64,000 nucleotides of DNA, from positions 18,168,001-18,232,000 of the forward strand of contig CM075987.1 in assembly GCA_038087875.1 (NCBI GenBank). Reading direction: 5' to 3'. The notes under the pieces are model-generated. The model was not told the origin of the DNA. It did no database searches and worked only from the letters and a program-made list of their open reading frames with translations. Of the stretch, positions 23,543-36,900 are shown in pieces (the stretch's first letter is position 1; each line of letters begins with the position of its first letter). This stretch comes from Malacoraja senta (lineage: Eukaryota). A program made the translations under genes and the position numbers.

Positions 23543-26129
23543 GTGGCCTGCAGCTGGCTCCAATCGTATTAGGCATTTTCACTTGGGTACAAGTATGAAT
23601 GAGAAGATGCTGGTACTGTTCATTGTCTGATCCTCGACAGGGGCAAGGAGGGCTTATATAAGGAACACTTCTCCATCCATTTTCCACCACGGATGGCTGA
23701 CCTGCTGAGTTCTACCGGCACTTTGGAGGGGATTGGACGGGCGACGTGTCGGGGTCTGGACACTGCCTGTTCCTCCATCTTGCGCGTCACCTTGTCAAAG
23801 TTTGTCTCTTAAAAAGCAGATAGCAACAAAATTGTTAAAGGTAAACCATGGCAATCTTTAATTGATTCGTCAGACAGGAGTGGCAAGATCTACAATGAGC
23901 ACAAACGTTGCTCAGTACTTCTCGGGCTCCACTCTCGGAACAAAGGAAAGTTAGCACAATTATACACTTTTCTTAACAGTAAAACCCTCCTACCGAGTAT
24001 GAATATGACACGACTGTAAGCTTCTATAGCCTTTCAGAATATAGGAAAAGCTGGGCCTAACAAGCTCATCCAATAACAAGTATTACGTATCTCTGGAGCG
24101 TCAGCTATTTTTTTCAATCTTGGCTTCTGTATGGCCTTGAAAGAAGCACGTTATTATGTAGGCTTCCATCTTAATGTCTTTATTAAAAAGACAACCTGTC
24201 CTCCATATTATGTTCCATATAATTTGCAAAGTCATTCAGACTTGGCACCGAGCCATTCTTTTGTTCTACTAGACAATGCTTTTGTAGAAGAACGACTCCA
24301 TTTTAGATTTGACTATTAGCTCTTTCACCTCACTCTGGCAATGGAGGCGGCCCAGGACAAAAAGATCAGTGTGGGAGTGGGAAGGGGAGTTAAAATGGTT
24401 GGCAACCGGGAGATCCAGCAGGCCTTGGCAGACTGAGTGCAAGTGTAGTGTGAAAGGCACGCCTAGTCTAGATACAAGAAGACTGCGTGTGTGAGAAAGA
24501 GCTTTTGTGAGAGAGCATGTAAGAGTGTGTGTGAGAGAGTGTGTGAGTGAGAGTATGTGTGTGAGAGTATGTGTGTGAGAGTGCGTGTGTGAGTGCGTGA
24601 GTGTGTGAGAGAGTGCGTGTGTGAGAGTGCGTGTGTGAGAGTGCGTGTGTGAGTGCGTGTGAGAGAGTGCGTGTGTGAGTGCGTGTGTGAGAGTGTGTGT
24701 GTGAGGAGTGCGTGTGAGAGAGTGCGTGTGTGAGAGAGTGCGTGTGTGAGAGCAAGAGAGAGAGGGAGTGTGTGAGAGAGAGGGACTGTGTCTGTGTGTG
24801 TGTGTGTGTGAGGGGAGGGGGGAGTGTTGTGTTGTGTGCGAGAGAGAGGGACTGTGTGTGTGTGTGTGTGAGAGTGAGAGAGAGAGAGGGAGTGTTTGTG
24901 TGTGTGAGAGAGGGACTGCATGTGTGAGAGAGCGGGAGTGTTTGTGAGAGAGAGCAAGAGAGAGGGAGTGTGTGTGAGAGAGAGAGAGAGCGGGGTGTGT
25001 GGTGAGAGAGGGAATGTGTGAGAGAGAGCAAGAGAGAGAGGGAGTATGTGTGAGAGAGGGAATGTGTGAAAGACAGCAAGAGAGAGTAAGAGGGAGTGTG
25101 TGAGAGGTAGTGTGTGAGAGAGAGCAAGAGAGAGGATGTGTGCGTGAGAGCAAGAGAGGTTGTGTGAGACAGCAAGAGAGGGCTGCGTGTGTGAGAGTGT
25201 GTATGAGATAGAAAAGGATGTGTGTGTGAGAGAGAACAAGAGAGAGAACAAGAGAGAGAGGGAGTGTGGTGTGAGAGGGGGTGGGGAGAGGGACGGAGGA
25301 GATGTGGGGAAGGAGAAGCTATCTATTTCTGAGTGGGGGAGGGCACCGGAGGGAAGGGGTGTCAAGGGTGTGTGTGAGAGACAGCAAACGAGAGAGGGAC
25401 TGTGTGAGAGAGAGGGAGCGAGAGAGGGAGTGTGTGAGACAGAGGGGACACAAGAGGGTGGAGTGGAGAGAATTTGTGTATGAGTGGGGGGGGGGGAGAG
25501 AGTGTTGAGAGGGGAGAGAGGAATGTATATGTGCAGCTTTAAGGATATTGGTCAGGTAGCATTTGGAGTATTGCATACAGTTCTGGTCACTCCATTACAG
25601 GACTGATGTGGAGGCTTTGGGGAAGGTGCAGGATGGTTAACCAGAATGGTTTAAAAACAAGGAACTGCAGATGCTGGTTTACAAAAAAGAACACAAAATG
25701 CGGGAGAAACTCAGCGGGACAGGCAGCATCTCTGGAGAGAAGGAATTGGTGGCATTTCGGGTCGAGACTGAAGAAGTGTCATGATACGACACGTTACCCA
25801 TTCCTTCCAGCATTTTGTGTCTACATAAACAGTGCCTATCCACGTGGCGGTGTGCCAGCAGGCCGGAGGAGCGGGCAAAGGCCTTGCCCATAGAGTGGGC
25901 AGGTGAAGGGGCGCTGGCTGGTGTGGACTCGCCGGTGCACCAGCAGGTGGTCAAGGTGGGTGAAGCCCTTACCACAGGACGTGCAGGGGAAGGGACGCTC
26001 ACCGCTGTGGGACGCCGGTGCTGCCACAGGCTGGTCATGCAGGTGAAACACTTGCCACACTCTGCGCACACAAAGGGTCTCTCTCCTGTGTGTATCCGCT
26101 GGTACTTCCACAGCCCCCGTGCGTTCTTG

Positions 26130-27271
26130 TCACAGTGGGAGCAGTTGCTCGCCGGCATGGGGTCCGCCGGTGTAGCCGCAACCCCCGCGAGCTGTCAAAC
26201 TCCTCACCGCAATGCGGGCAGTCGTAGGGCTGGCCACTGGTGTGCACGCACTGGTGAGACAGGGCTTGGGAGGCCATGGTAAAGCGCTCTCCAGACACTG
26301 GGCTGGGGAAGGGATGGTCGCTGGCGTGCACCCGCTGGTGGTACAGCAGCTTGGTGGAGCAGGTGAAGCCTTGCCACACTTGGTGCAGGTGTAGGGACGC
26401 TCGCCGGTGTGGGTGCGCCTGGTGCTCCAGCAGGGTGATGGACTGGGTGAAGCCCTTGCCGCACTGGGTGCAGGTGTAGGGACGCTCGCCGGTGTGGGTG
26501 CGCTGATGCACCAGCAGGTTGCTGGACTGGGTGAAGCCCTTGCCGCACTGGGCGCAGGTGTAGGGGCGCTCGCCGTTGTGGGTGCGCTGGTGCTTCAGCA
26601 GGTTGCCGGAGTGGGTGAAGCCCTTGCCGCACTGGGCGCAGGTGTAGGGGCGCTCGCCTGTGTGGGTACGCTGGTGGAAACAGCAGGTGAGTGGACTGGG
26701 TGAAGCCCTTGCCGCACTGGATGCAGGTGTAGGGACGCTCGCTGGTGTGGGTGCGCTGGTGCACCAGCAGGTTGCTGGAATGGTGAAGCCCTTGCCGCAT
26801 TCGCGGCAGGTGTAGGGCCGCTCGCTGGAGTGGGTGCGCTGGTGCTCCAGCAGGTTGCTGGAGCGGATGAAGCCCTTGCCGCAGTCGCTGAAGGTGTAGG
26901 GACGCTCCCCGGTGTGGCAGGCGCCTATGCTGCTTCAGGTGTGTGGACAACTTGAAGTCTTTGCCGCAGTCGGAGCAGGTGAAGGGCCGCTCACTGCTGT
27001 GCACCGCCGGTGATCCTGCAGCCCCGACAACCGGGCAAAGCTCTTGCCGCAGGTGGACCAGCCATAGGGCTTCTCACCCGCTGTGCACCCGCCGGTGTCT
27101 CTTCAGGTCATACGCCCTCGTAAAGTCCTTATCGCAGTCAGAGCAGTCGAAGGGTCGTTCTCCCGTGTGAACCCGCCGGTGGATCTCCAGCTGGCTAGGC
27201 TTCTGCCAGGCCTTACCACACACGTCACACTCATACCGCTTCTCCTTGTTGTGCCCCATGTGCCCCATCAT
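26130..27271 (-). CDS. C2H2 zinc-finger gene copy B (near-identical to A); frameshifted as assembled
   Basis: Same finger series as copy A; acceptor ends at 27402. Confidence 0.78.
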
Positions 27272-29901
27272 CGAGGCTCAGCCCCTCCAAGCTCAGCCTG
27301 CACACCGAGCAGATGGGGGGGGGGGGGGCTCGCCGGCACCCTGGCCGCCCTCATGGCTGTTCACTCCCCGTGTCTCCGTCCACAGCCACGGCTAATAGAC
27401 CCTGCAGGAGGGGAACACAGAGGGTCAACAAGCTGGCAAACAGGACATTACTAGAACATATTGGGTGTGTTTATGGCGGAGGAAACCGTTATATAATTCT
27501 GCGCGGCACAGTGGCACAGTTGCTGCCTCACCGCAAGAGACACTGGCTCGATCCTGACCACGGGTGCTGTCTGCGTGGCGTTTGTACATTCTCTTCTTGG
27601 TCTGCGTGGGTTTTTACTCCGGATGCTCAGTTTCCTCCAACATTTCAAAGACGTTCAGTGTTGTAGATTAATCGGCCACCGCAAAATTGATAAATTGTCT
27701 CTAATGTGCGTCAGATAGTGCTGGTCAACGGGTGACCACTGGTCGTCGCGGACCGAAAGGTGCATCTCTAAACTAAACCAAGGAAGGGTTTTCGACAATA
27801 AATGTCCCCCATTCCTTCTCTCCACAGATGCTGCTTGTCCTGCTGAATTACTCCAGCACTTTGTAGGCTGGGTGAGTGGGAAAATGTTTGGCAGATGCTG
27901 TATAATGTGGAAAAATGTGAGGTTATCCACTTTGGTGGCAAAAACAGGAAAGCAGATTATTATCTAAATGGTGGAGATTAGGAAAACGGGGAGATGCAGC
28001 GAGAACTTGGTGTCATGGTACACCAGTCATTGAAAGTAGGCATGCAGGTGCAGCAGGCAGTGAAGAAAGCGAATGGTATGTTAGCTTTCATAGCAAAGGA
28101 TTTGAGTATAGGAGCAGGGAGGTTCTACTGCAGTTGTACAGGGTCTTGGTGAGACCACACCTGGAGTATTGCGTTACAGTTTTGGTCTCCAAATCTGAGG
28201 AAGACATTATAGCCATAGAGGGAGTGCAGAGAAGGTTCACCAGACTGATTCCTGGGATGTCAGGACTTTCATATGAAGAAAGATTGGATAGACTCGGCTT
28301 ATACTCGCTAGAATTTAGGAGATTGAGAGGGGATCTTATAGAAACTTACAAAATTCTTATGGGGTTGGACAGGCTAGATGCAGGAAGATTGTTCCCGATG
28401 TTGGGGAAGTCCAGGACAAGGGGTCACAGTTTAAGGATAAAGGGGAAATCCTTTAAGACCGAGATGAGAAAAAACGTTTTCACACAGAGTGGTGAATCAC
28501 TGGAACTCTCTGCCACAGAGGGTAGTTGAGGCCAGTTCATTGGCTATATTTAAGAGGGAGTTAGATGTGGCCGTTGTGGCTAAAGGGATCAGGGGGTATG
28601 GAGAGAAGGCAATTATGGGATACTGAGTTGGATGATCAGCCATGATCATATTGAATGGCGGTGCAGGCTCGAAGGGCCGAATGGCCTACTCCTCCACCTA
28701 TTTTCTATGTATCTATGTATCTATCTTCTCCACAGATGCTGCCTGTCCTGCTGAATTACTCCAGCACTTTGTGTCTATCTTCTCCACAGATGCTGCCTGA
28801 CCCGCTGAGTTACTCCAGCACTTTGTGTCTACATCACAGATGCTGCCTGTCCCGTTAAATTACTCCAGCACTTTGGGTCTATCTTCTCCACAGATGCTGC
28901 CTGACCCGCTGAGTTACATCAGCACTTTTTGTGTCTATCTTCTCCGCAGATGCTGCCTGACCTGCTGAGTTACTCCAGCACTTTCTCATAGAGATACAGT
29001 GTGGGAAAAAGGCCCTTTGGCCCAACTTGCCCACACTGTCCAAAATGTCCCAGCTACACTAGTCCCACCTGTCTGCGCTTGGCCCATATCCCTCCAAACC
29101 TGTCCAATCCACGTACCCGTCTAACTGTTTATTAAACATTGGGATAGTCTCAGCCTCAACTACCTCATCTGGCAGCTCGTTTCATACACCTTTATTGTGT
29201 GAAAAAGTTACCCCTCAGGTTCCCCTTCACCTTGAACCCATGTCCTCTGGTCATCGATTCCCCACTCTGCGCAAGAGACTCTGTGCGTCTACCCGATCTA
29301 TTCCCCTCAAGAATTTATAAGTTCTCCATAAGATCACCCCTCATCCTCCTGTGCTCCAAAAAAATAAGGCCCAGCCTACTCTGATATAGTAGTGGCCAGA
29401 GGATCTGGGGTGACGGAGGAACTGAAGGAAATCCACATTAGGCAGGAAATGGTGTTGGATGAACTGATGGGACTGAAGGCTGATAAATCCCCAGGGCCTG
29501 ATGGTCTGCATCCCAGGGTACTTAAGGAAGGGGCTCTAGAAATCGTGGATGCATTGGTGATAATTTTCCAATGTTCTATTGACTCAGGATCAGTTCCTGT
29601 GCATTGGAGAGTAGCTAATGTTATCCCACTTTTTAAGAAAGGCGGGAGAGAAAAAACAGGGAATTATAGAAGTTAGCTTGACATCGGTGGTGGGGAAGAT
29701 GCAGGAGTCAATTATAAAAGATGAAATAGGTGAACATTTGGATAGCAGTAACAGGATCGGTCCGAGTCAGCATGGATTTACGAAGGGGAAATCATGCTTG
29801 ACTAATCTTCTGGAATTTTTTGAAGATGTAACTAGGAAAATGGACAAGGGAGAGCCAGTGGATGTAGTGTACCTGGACTTTCAGAAAGCATTTGATAAGG
29901 T

Positions 29902-32900
29902 ATAGAGACCGGTCCTGTTGCTCAGAAGGGTAAGGAAAAGAAGAGGAGGGCAATATTAATAGGGGACTCTATAGTTAGGGGGTCAGACAGGCGATTCTGT
30001 GGACGCAGTCGGGAGACCCGGATGGTAGTTTGCCTCCCTGGTGCCAGGGTCTGTGATGTGTCCCAACGTGTCCAAGACATCCTGAAAGGGCAGGGAGAGG
30101 AGCCCGAGGTCGTGATACATGTAGGTACCAATGACATAGGTAAAAAAAGAGAAGAGGTCCTGAAAGGAGAATTTAGGGAGTTAGGAGGGGAGTTAAAGAG
30201 AAGGACAGCAAAGGTAACAATCTCGGGATTACTGCCTGTACCACGCGACAGTGAGAGTAGGAATGGAGCGAGGTGGAGGATAAATGCGTGGCTGAAGGAC
30301 TGGTGCAGAAGGCAGGGATTCAAATTTCTGGATCATTGGGACTTCTTTTGTGGAAGGTTCGACCTGTACAAAAAGGATGGGTTGCACTTGAACCTGAGGG
30401 GGACCGATATCCTGGCGGGGAGATCTGCAAAGGCTACTGGGGAGACTTTAAACTAGAATGGTTGGGGGGAGGGACGCAAATAGAGAATGCTATTAGACAG
30501 TGTGTGAGGCAGGAGGCAGAGAAGGAAAGCACTCAGACCCAACATGTAGGGGGGAAAGAAGAAAACAATAATAAACAGAGAATAAGAGGTGGTGGGGTTC
30601 TTAAATGGGTGAGCAGAGAAACAGAGGGGTGTAAAATGCGGGCGGAAGCAATAGGTAGCAAGGTGAAAGGTAAAAGTGGCAGGCAGACAAATCCAGGACA
30701 AAAATCAAAAAGAGCCACTTTTCAACATAATTGTATAAGGGGTAAGAGCGTTGTAAAAACAAGTCTGAAGGCTTTGTGTCTCAATGCAAGGAGCATTCGT
30801 AATAAGGTGGATGAGTTGAATGTGCAGATAGCAATTAATGATTATGATATAGTTGGGATCACGGAGACATGGCTCCAAGGTGACCAAGGCTGGGAGCTGA
30901 ACATCCAGGGATATTCAATATTCAGGAGGGATAGAGAGAAAGGAAAAGGAGGTGGGGTGGCGTTGCTGGTTAGAGAGGAGATTAACGCAGTGGAAAGGAA
31001 GGACATTAGCTTGGAGGATGTGGAATCGGTATGGGTAGAGCTGCGAAACACTAAGGGGCAGAAAACGCTGGTGGGCGTTGTGTACAGGCCACCTAGCAGT
31101 AGTAGTGAAGTTGGGGATGGCATCAAACAGGAAATTAGAAATGCGTGCAACAAAGGCAAAACAGTTATAATGGGTGACTTCAATCTACATATAGATTGGG
31201 TGAATCAAATTGGCAGGGGTGCTGAGGAAGAGGATTTCTTGGAATGTATGAGGGATAGTTATCTAAACCAACATGTAGAGGAACCAACGAGAGAGCAGGC
31301 TATTCTAGACTGGGTATTGAGTAATGAGGAAGGGTTAGTTAGCAGACTTGTTGTGCGTGCCCCCTTGGGCAAGAGTGATCATAATATGGTTGAGTTCTTC
31401 ATTAGGATGGAGAGTGACATTGTTAATTCAGAAACAACGGTTCTGAACTTAAAGAAAGGTAACTTTGAGGGTATGAGACATGAATTGGCCAAGATTGACT
31501 GGCAATTAGTTCTAAAAGGGTTGATGGTGGATATGCAATGGAAGGCATTTAAAGACTGCATGGATGAACTACAAAAATTGTTCATCCCAGTTTGGCAAAA
31601 GAATAAATCAAGGAAGGTAGTGCATCCGTGGATAACAAGGGAAATCAGGGATAGTATCAAAGCAAAAGATGATGCGTACAAATTAGCCAGAAAAAGCAGC
31701 ATACCAGAGGACTGGGAGAAATTCAGAGACCAGCAGAGGAGGACAAAGGGCTTAATTAGGAAAGGGAAAATAGATTATGAAAGGAAACTGGCAGGGAACA
31801 TAAAAACTGACTGCAAAAGTTTTTATAGATATGTGAAGAGAAAGAGATTAGTTAAATCAAATGTAGGTCCCTTGCAGTCAGAAACAGGTGAATTGATCAT
31901 GGGGAACAAGGATATGGCAGACCAATTGAATAACTACTTTGGTTCCGTCTTCACTAAGGAAGACATAAATAATCTGCCGGAAATAGCAGGGGACCGCGGG
32001 TCAGAGATGGAGGAACTGGGTGAAATCCAGGTTAGTCGGGAAGTGGTGTTGGGTAAATTGAATGGATTAAAGGCCGATAAATCACCAGGGCCAGATAGGC
32101 TGCATCCCAGAGTACTTAAGGAAGTAGCTCCAGAAATAGTGGATGCATTAGTGATAATTTTTCAAAACTCTTTAGATTCTGGAGTAGTTCCTGAGGATTG
32201 GAGGGTAGCAAACGTAACCCCACTTTTTAAGAAGGGAGGGAGAGAGAAAATGGGGAATTACAGACCAGTTAGTCTAACATCGGTAGTGGGGAAACTGCTA
32301 GAGTCAGTTATTAAAGATGGGATAGCAGCACATTTGGAAAGTGGTGAAATCATTGGACAAAGTCAGCATGGATTTACGAAAGGTAAATCGTGTCTGACGA
32401 ATCTTATAGAATTTTTCGAGGATGTAACTAGTAGAGTGGATAGGGGAGAACAAGTGGATGTGTTGTATCTGGACTTTCAGAAGGCTTTCGACAAGGTACC
32501 ACATAAGAGATTAGGATACAAACTTAAATCACACGGTATTGGGGGTTCAGTATTGATGTGGATAGAGAACTGGCTGGCAAACAGGAAGCAAAGAGTAGGA
32601 GTAAACGGGTCCTTTTCACAATGGCAGGCAGTGACTAGTGGGGTACCACAAGGCTCAGTGCTGGGACCCCAGCTATTTACAATTTATATTAATGATCTGG
32701 ACGAGGGAATTGAAAGCAACATCTCCAAGTTTGCGGATGACACTAAGCTGGGGGGCAGTGTTAGCTGTGAGGAGGATGCTAGGAGACTGCAAGGTGACTT
32801 GGATAGGCTGGGTGAGTGGGCAAATGTTTGGCAGATGCAGTATAATGTGGATAAATGTGAGGTTATCCACTTTGGTAGCAAAAACGGGAAGGCAGACTAT

Positions 32901-33667
32901 TATCTAAATGGTGGCCGATTAGGAAATGGGGAGATGCAGCGAGACCTGGGTGTCATGGTACACCAGTCATTGAAAGTAGGCATGCAGGTGCAGCAGGCAG
33001 TGAAGAAAGCGAATGGTATGTTGGCCTTCATAGCAAGAGGATTTGAGTATAGGAGCAGTGAGGTTCTACTGCAGTTGTACAGGGTCTTGGTGAGACCACA
33101 CCTGGAGTATTGCGTACAGTTTTGGTCTCCAAATCTGAGGAAGGACATTATAGCCATAGAGGGAGTGCAGAGAAGGTTCACCAGACTGATTCCTGGGATG
33201 TCAGGACTTTCATATGAAGAAAGACTGGATAGACTTGGCTTATACTCGCTAGAATTTAGGAGATTGAGAGGGGATCTTATAGAAACGTACAAGATTCTTA
33301 TGGGGTTGGACAGGCTAGATGCAGGAAGATTGTTCCCGATGTTGGGGAAGTCCAGGACAAGGGGTCACAGCTTAAGGATAAGGGGAAAATCCTTTAAGAC
33401 CGAGATGAGGAAAAACTTTTTCACACAGAGAGTGGTGAATCTCTGGAACTCTCTGCCACAGAGGGTAGTTGAGGCCAGTTCATTGGCTATATTTAAGAGG
33501 GAATTAGATGTGGCCCTTGTGGCTAAAGGGATCAGGGGGTATGGAGAGAAGGCAGGTACGGGATACTGAGTTGGATGATCAGCCATGATCGTATTGAATG
33601 GCGGTGCAGGCTCGAAGGGCCGAATGGCCTACTCCTGCACCTAATTTCTATGTTTCTATGTTTCTAT
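29902..33667 (+). mobile_element. Young CR1 LINE, 5'-truncated in ORF1, inserted into an older CR1 RT (29380-29901, 33668-33897)
   Basis: Host frame AFDKV|xHRRLVGKIKAHG rejoins across it; ORF1 esterase is open to 30456; (TTTCTATG)3 tail. Confidence 0.92.
30273..33569 (+). CDS. CR1 ORF2 apurinic endonuclease + reverse transcriptase, uninterrupted (first in-frame ATG at 30636)
   Basis: 1098-codon open frame with [49 protein letters not shown] and KFADD. Confidence 0.95.
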   Translation: MEDKCVAEGLVQKAGIQISGSLGLLLWKVRPVQKGWVALEPEGDRYPGGEICKGYWGDFKLEWLGGGTQIENAIRQCVRQEAEKESTQTQHVGGKEENNNKQRIRGGGVLKWVSRETEGCKMRAEAIGSKVKGKSGRQTNPGQKSKRATFQHNCIRGKSVVKTSLKALCLNARSIRNKVDELNVQIAINDYDIVGITETWLQGDQGWELNIQGYSIFRRDREKGKGGGVALLVREEINAVERKDISLEDVESVWVELRNTKGQKTLVGVVYRPPSSSSEVGDGIKQEIRNACNKGKTVIMGDFNLHIDWVNQIGRGAEEEDFLECMRDSYLNQHVEEPTREQAILDWVLSNEEGLVSRLVVRAPLGKSDHNMVEFFIRMESDIVNSETTVLNLKKGNFEGMRHELAKIDWQLVLKGLMVDMQWKAFKDCMDELQKLFIPVWQKNKSRKVVHPWITREIRDSIKAKDDAYKLARKSSIPEDWEKFRDQQRRTKGLIRKGKIDYERKLAGNIKTDCKSFYRYVKRKRLVKSNVGPLQSETGELIMGNKDMADQLNNYFGSVFTKEDINNLPEIAGDRGSEMEELGEIQVSREVVLGKLNGLKADKSPGPDRLHPRVLKEVAPEIVDALVIIFQNSLDSGVVPEDWRVANVTPLFKKGGREKMGNYRPVSLTSVVGKLLESVIKDGIAAHLESGEIIGQSQHGFTKGKSCLTNLIEFFEDVTSRVDRGEQVDVLYLDFQKAFDKVPHKRLGYKLKSHGIGGSVLMWIENWLANRKQRVGVNGSFSQWQAVTSGVPQGSVLGPQLFTIYINDLDEGIESNISKFADDTKLGGSVSCEEDARRLQGDLDRLGEWANVWQMQYNVDKCEVIHFGSKNGKADYYLNGGRLGNGEMQRDLGVMVHQSLKVGMQVQQAVKKANGMLAFIARGFEYRSSEVLLQLYRVLVRPHLEYCVQFWSPNLRKDIIAIEGVQRRFTRLIPGMSGLSYEERLDRLGLYSLEFRRLRGDLIETYKILMGLDRLDAGRLFPMLGKSRTRGHSLRIRGKSFKTEMRKNFFTQRVVNLWNSLPQRVVEASSLAIFKRELDVALVAKGIRGYGEKAGTGY

Positions 33668-33894
33668 GTCACACATAGGAGATTAGTGGGCAAAATTAAG
33701 GCACATGGTATTGGGGGAGAGTGCTGACACGGATAGAGAAGTGGTTGGCAGATATGAAACAAAGAGTACGGATTAACGGGTCCCTTTCAGAATATCAGGC
33801 AGTGACTTGTGGAGTACCACAAGGCTCCGTGCTGAGACTGCAGCTATTTACAATATACATCCATGATTTGGATGAAGGGATTCAAAGTAACATT

Positions 33895-33929
<35 letters not shown>

Positions 33930-33932
<3 letters not shown>

Positions 33933-36900
33933 GAACAGCCGGCAGTAGTTGTGCACGTAGGCACAAACGACATCGGGAAGAAGAGGAAGGAGGTTCTCCA
34001 ACATGACTTCAGAGAGTTGGGAAGAAGACTGAAATGCCGGACTTCTAGGGTGGTTATCTCTGGATTGCTTCCAGTACCACGTGCTAGTGAGGACAGGAAC
34101 AGGGAGATAGGGGATCTGAATGTGTGGCTGAGGGGCTGGTGCAGGGAGCAAGGATTTAGATTTATAGACCACTGGGATCTCTTCTGGGGTAGGGGTGACC
34201 TGTACAAAAGGGACGGATTACACCTTAACTGGAGGGGGGCCGACATTCTGCCAGGCAGGTTTACTTGGGCTACACGTGTGGGTTTAAACTAAATAGTGGG
34301 GGGGGAGGGATTGACAAATTGGGAGTATAAAGCTGGAGTTGAAGAGGAAGTGGCTACAGGAAAAATTACAAAAGATTCCCGAATTAATGGGAAGGAAAGC
34401 TCGAGAATGGACAAAAGAGTAAGGTCAGAGCGAATTGAGAGGGGGGAAGTGAATATGGATGTCAAAGAACTGTATATGAATGCACGAAGTATAAGGAATA
34501 AAGTGGACGAGCTTGAGGCTCAGTTAGAAATTGGCAAGTATGATGTTGTGGGAATTACTGAGACATGGCTGAAAGAGGGCCAGGGCTGGGACATGAATTT
34601 TCAAGGGTATACCTCCTATGGAAAAGACAGACAGGTGGGCAGAGGGGGTGAGGAATAAAATTCAGTCCCTTGCAAGAGGTGACATTGAAACGGGAGATGT
34701 GGAGTCAGTATGGATAGAACTAAGGAATTGTTCTATCTAACGTACAAAATTCTTATGGGGTTGGACAGGCTAGATGCAGGAAGGTTGTTCCCGATGTTGG
34801 GGAAGTCCAGGACAAGGGGTCACAGCTTAAGGATAAGGGGGAAATCCTTTAAGACCGAGATGAGGAAAAACTTTTTCACACAGAGAGTGGTGAATCTCTG
34901 GAACTCTCTGCCACAGAGGGTAGTTGAGGCCAGTTCATTGGCTATATTTAAGAGGGAATTAGATGTGGCCCTTGTGGCTAAAGGGATCAGGGGGTATGGA
35001 GAGAAGGCAGGTACGGGATACTGAGTTGGATGATCAGCCATGATCGTATTGAATGGCGGTGCAGGCTCGAAGGGCCGAATGGCCTACTCCTGCACCTATT
35101 TTCTATGTATCTATGTATCTATGTAAGGGTAAAAAGACTAATGGGACTAACCTACAGGCCCCCAAACAGTGGCCTGGACATAGGGCGCAAGTTGAATCAG
35201 GAGTTAAAATTGGCATGTAGTAAAAGTAATGCTGTGGGAGATTTCAACCTGCAGACTGGGAAAATCAGGTTGGTACTGGACCCCAAGAAAGGGACTTTGT
35301 AGAGTGCCTTCGTGATGGATTCTTTGAACAGCTTGTATTGGAGCCTACCAGGGAGAAGGCAATTCTGGATTTAGTGTTATGTAATGAACCGGATTTGATA
35401 AAAGATCTCGAGGTTAATGAGCCATTAGGAGGCAGTGACCATAACATGTTCAGGTTTCATCAACAATTGGAGAGGGAGAAGAGTAGATCGGAAGTGTCAG
35501 TGTTGCAGTTGAATAAAGGGGACTATGGGGCCATGAGGGAGGAGCTGGCCAAAGTTGGCTGGAAAGATACACTAGCAGGGATGACAGTGGAACAAAAATG
35601 GCAGGTGTTTCTAGGAATAATACAGAATGTGCAGGATCAGTTCATTCCTAGGAGGAAGAAAGATTCCAAGGGGAGAAATGGACAACCATGGCTGACAAGG
35701 AATGTCAGGGACAGTATAAAAATTAAAGCGAAGAAGTACAACATAGCAAAGATGAGCAGGAAGCAAGAGGATTGGGTAATGTTTAAAGGACAACAAAAGA
35801 TAACTAAAAAGACAATACAGGGAGAAAAGATGAGGTACGAAGGTAAGCTAGCCAAGAATATAAAGCAAGATAGTAAAAGCTTCTTTAGGTATGTGAAGAG
35901 GATAAAATTAGTTAAGACCAAAGTTGGACCCTTGAAGACCGAAAAAGGTGCATTTATTATGGGGAACAAGGAAATGGCAGATGAGTAGAACAGGTACTTT
36001 GGATCTGTCTTCACTAAGGAGGACACAAACAATCTTCCTGATATAGTAATGGCCAGAGGATCTGGGGTGACAGAGGAACTGAAGGAAATCCACATTAGGC
36101 AGGAAATGGTGTTGAATAGACTGATGGGACTGAAGGCTGATAAATCTCCCGGGGCTGATGGTCTGCATCCCAGGGTACTTAAGGAAGTGGCTCTAGAAAT
36201 TGTGGATGCATTGGTGATAATTTTCCAATGTTCTATAGACTCAGGATCAGTTCCTGTGGATTGGAGGGTAGCTAATGTTATCCCACTTTTTAAGAAAGGC
36301 GGGGGAGAGAAAATGGGAAATTATAGACCAGTTAGCCTGACATCGGTGGTGGGGAAGATGCTGGAGTCAATTATAAAAGATGAGATAGCCGCACATTTGT
36401 ATAGCAGTAACAGGATCGGTCCGAGTCAGCATGGATTTACGAAGGGGGAATCATGCTTGACTAATCTTCTGGAATTTTTTGAAGACGTAACTAGGAAAAT
36501 GGACAAGGGAGATCCAGTGGATATAGTGTACCTGGACTTACAGAAAGCATTTGATAAGGTCCCACATCGGAGATTTGTGGGCAAAATTAGGGCACATGGT
36601 ATTGGGGGTAGAGTGCTGACATGGATAGAGAAGTGGTTGGCAGACAGGAAACAAAGAGTAGGGATTAACGGGTCCCTTTCAGAATGGCAGGTGGTGACTA
36701 GCGGGGTACCGCAAGGCTCGGTGCTGGGACCGCAGCTATTAACAATATACATCAATGATTTGGATGAAGGGATTCAAGGTAACATTAGCAAATTTGCAGA
36801 TGACACAAAGCTTGGTGGCAGTGTGAACTGTGAGGAGGATGCTAAAGAAAAGCGGAAGTACAACGGGATCTGGGGAGTCCTTGTCATCAGTCTATGAAAG

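Noticed and set aside
19188..27271. Two genuine tandem ZNF pseudogenes
   Set aside because: Frameshifts fall at different positions in the two near-identical copies flanking a gap; assembly error is more likely, though not proven.
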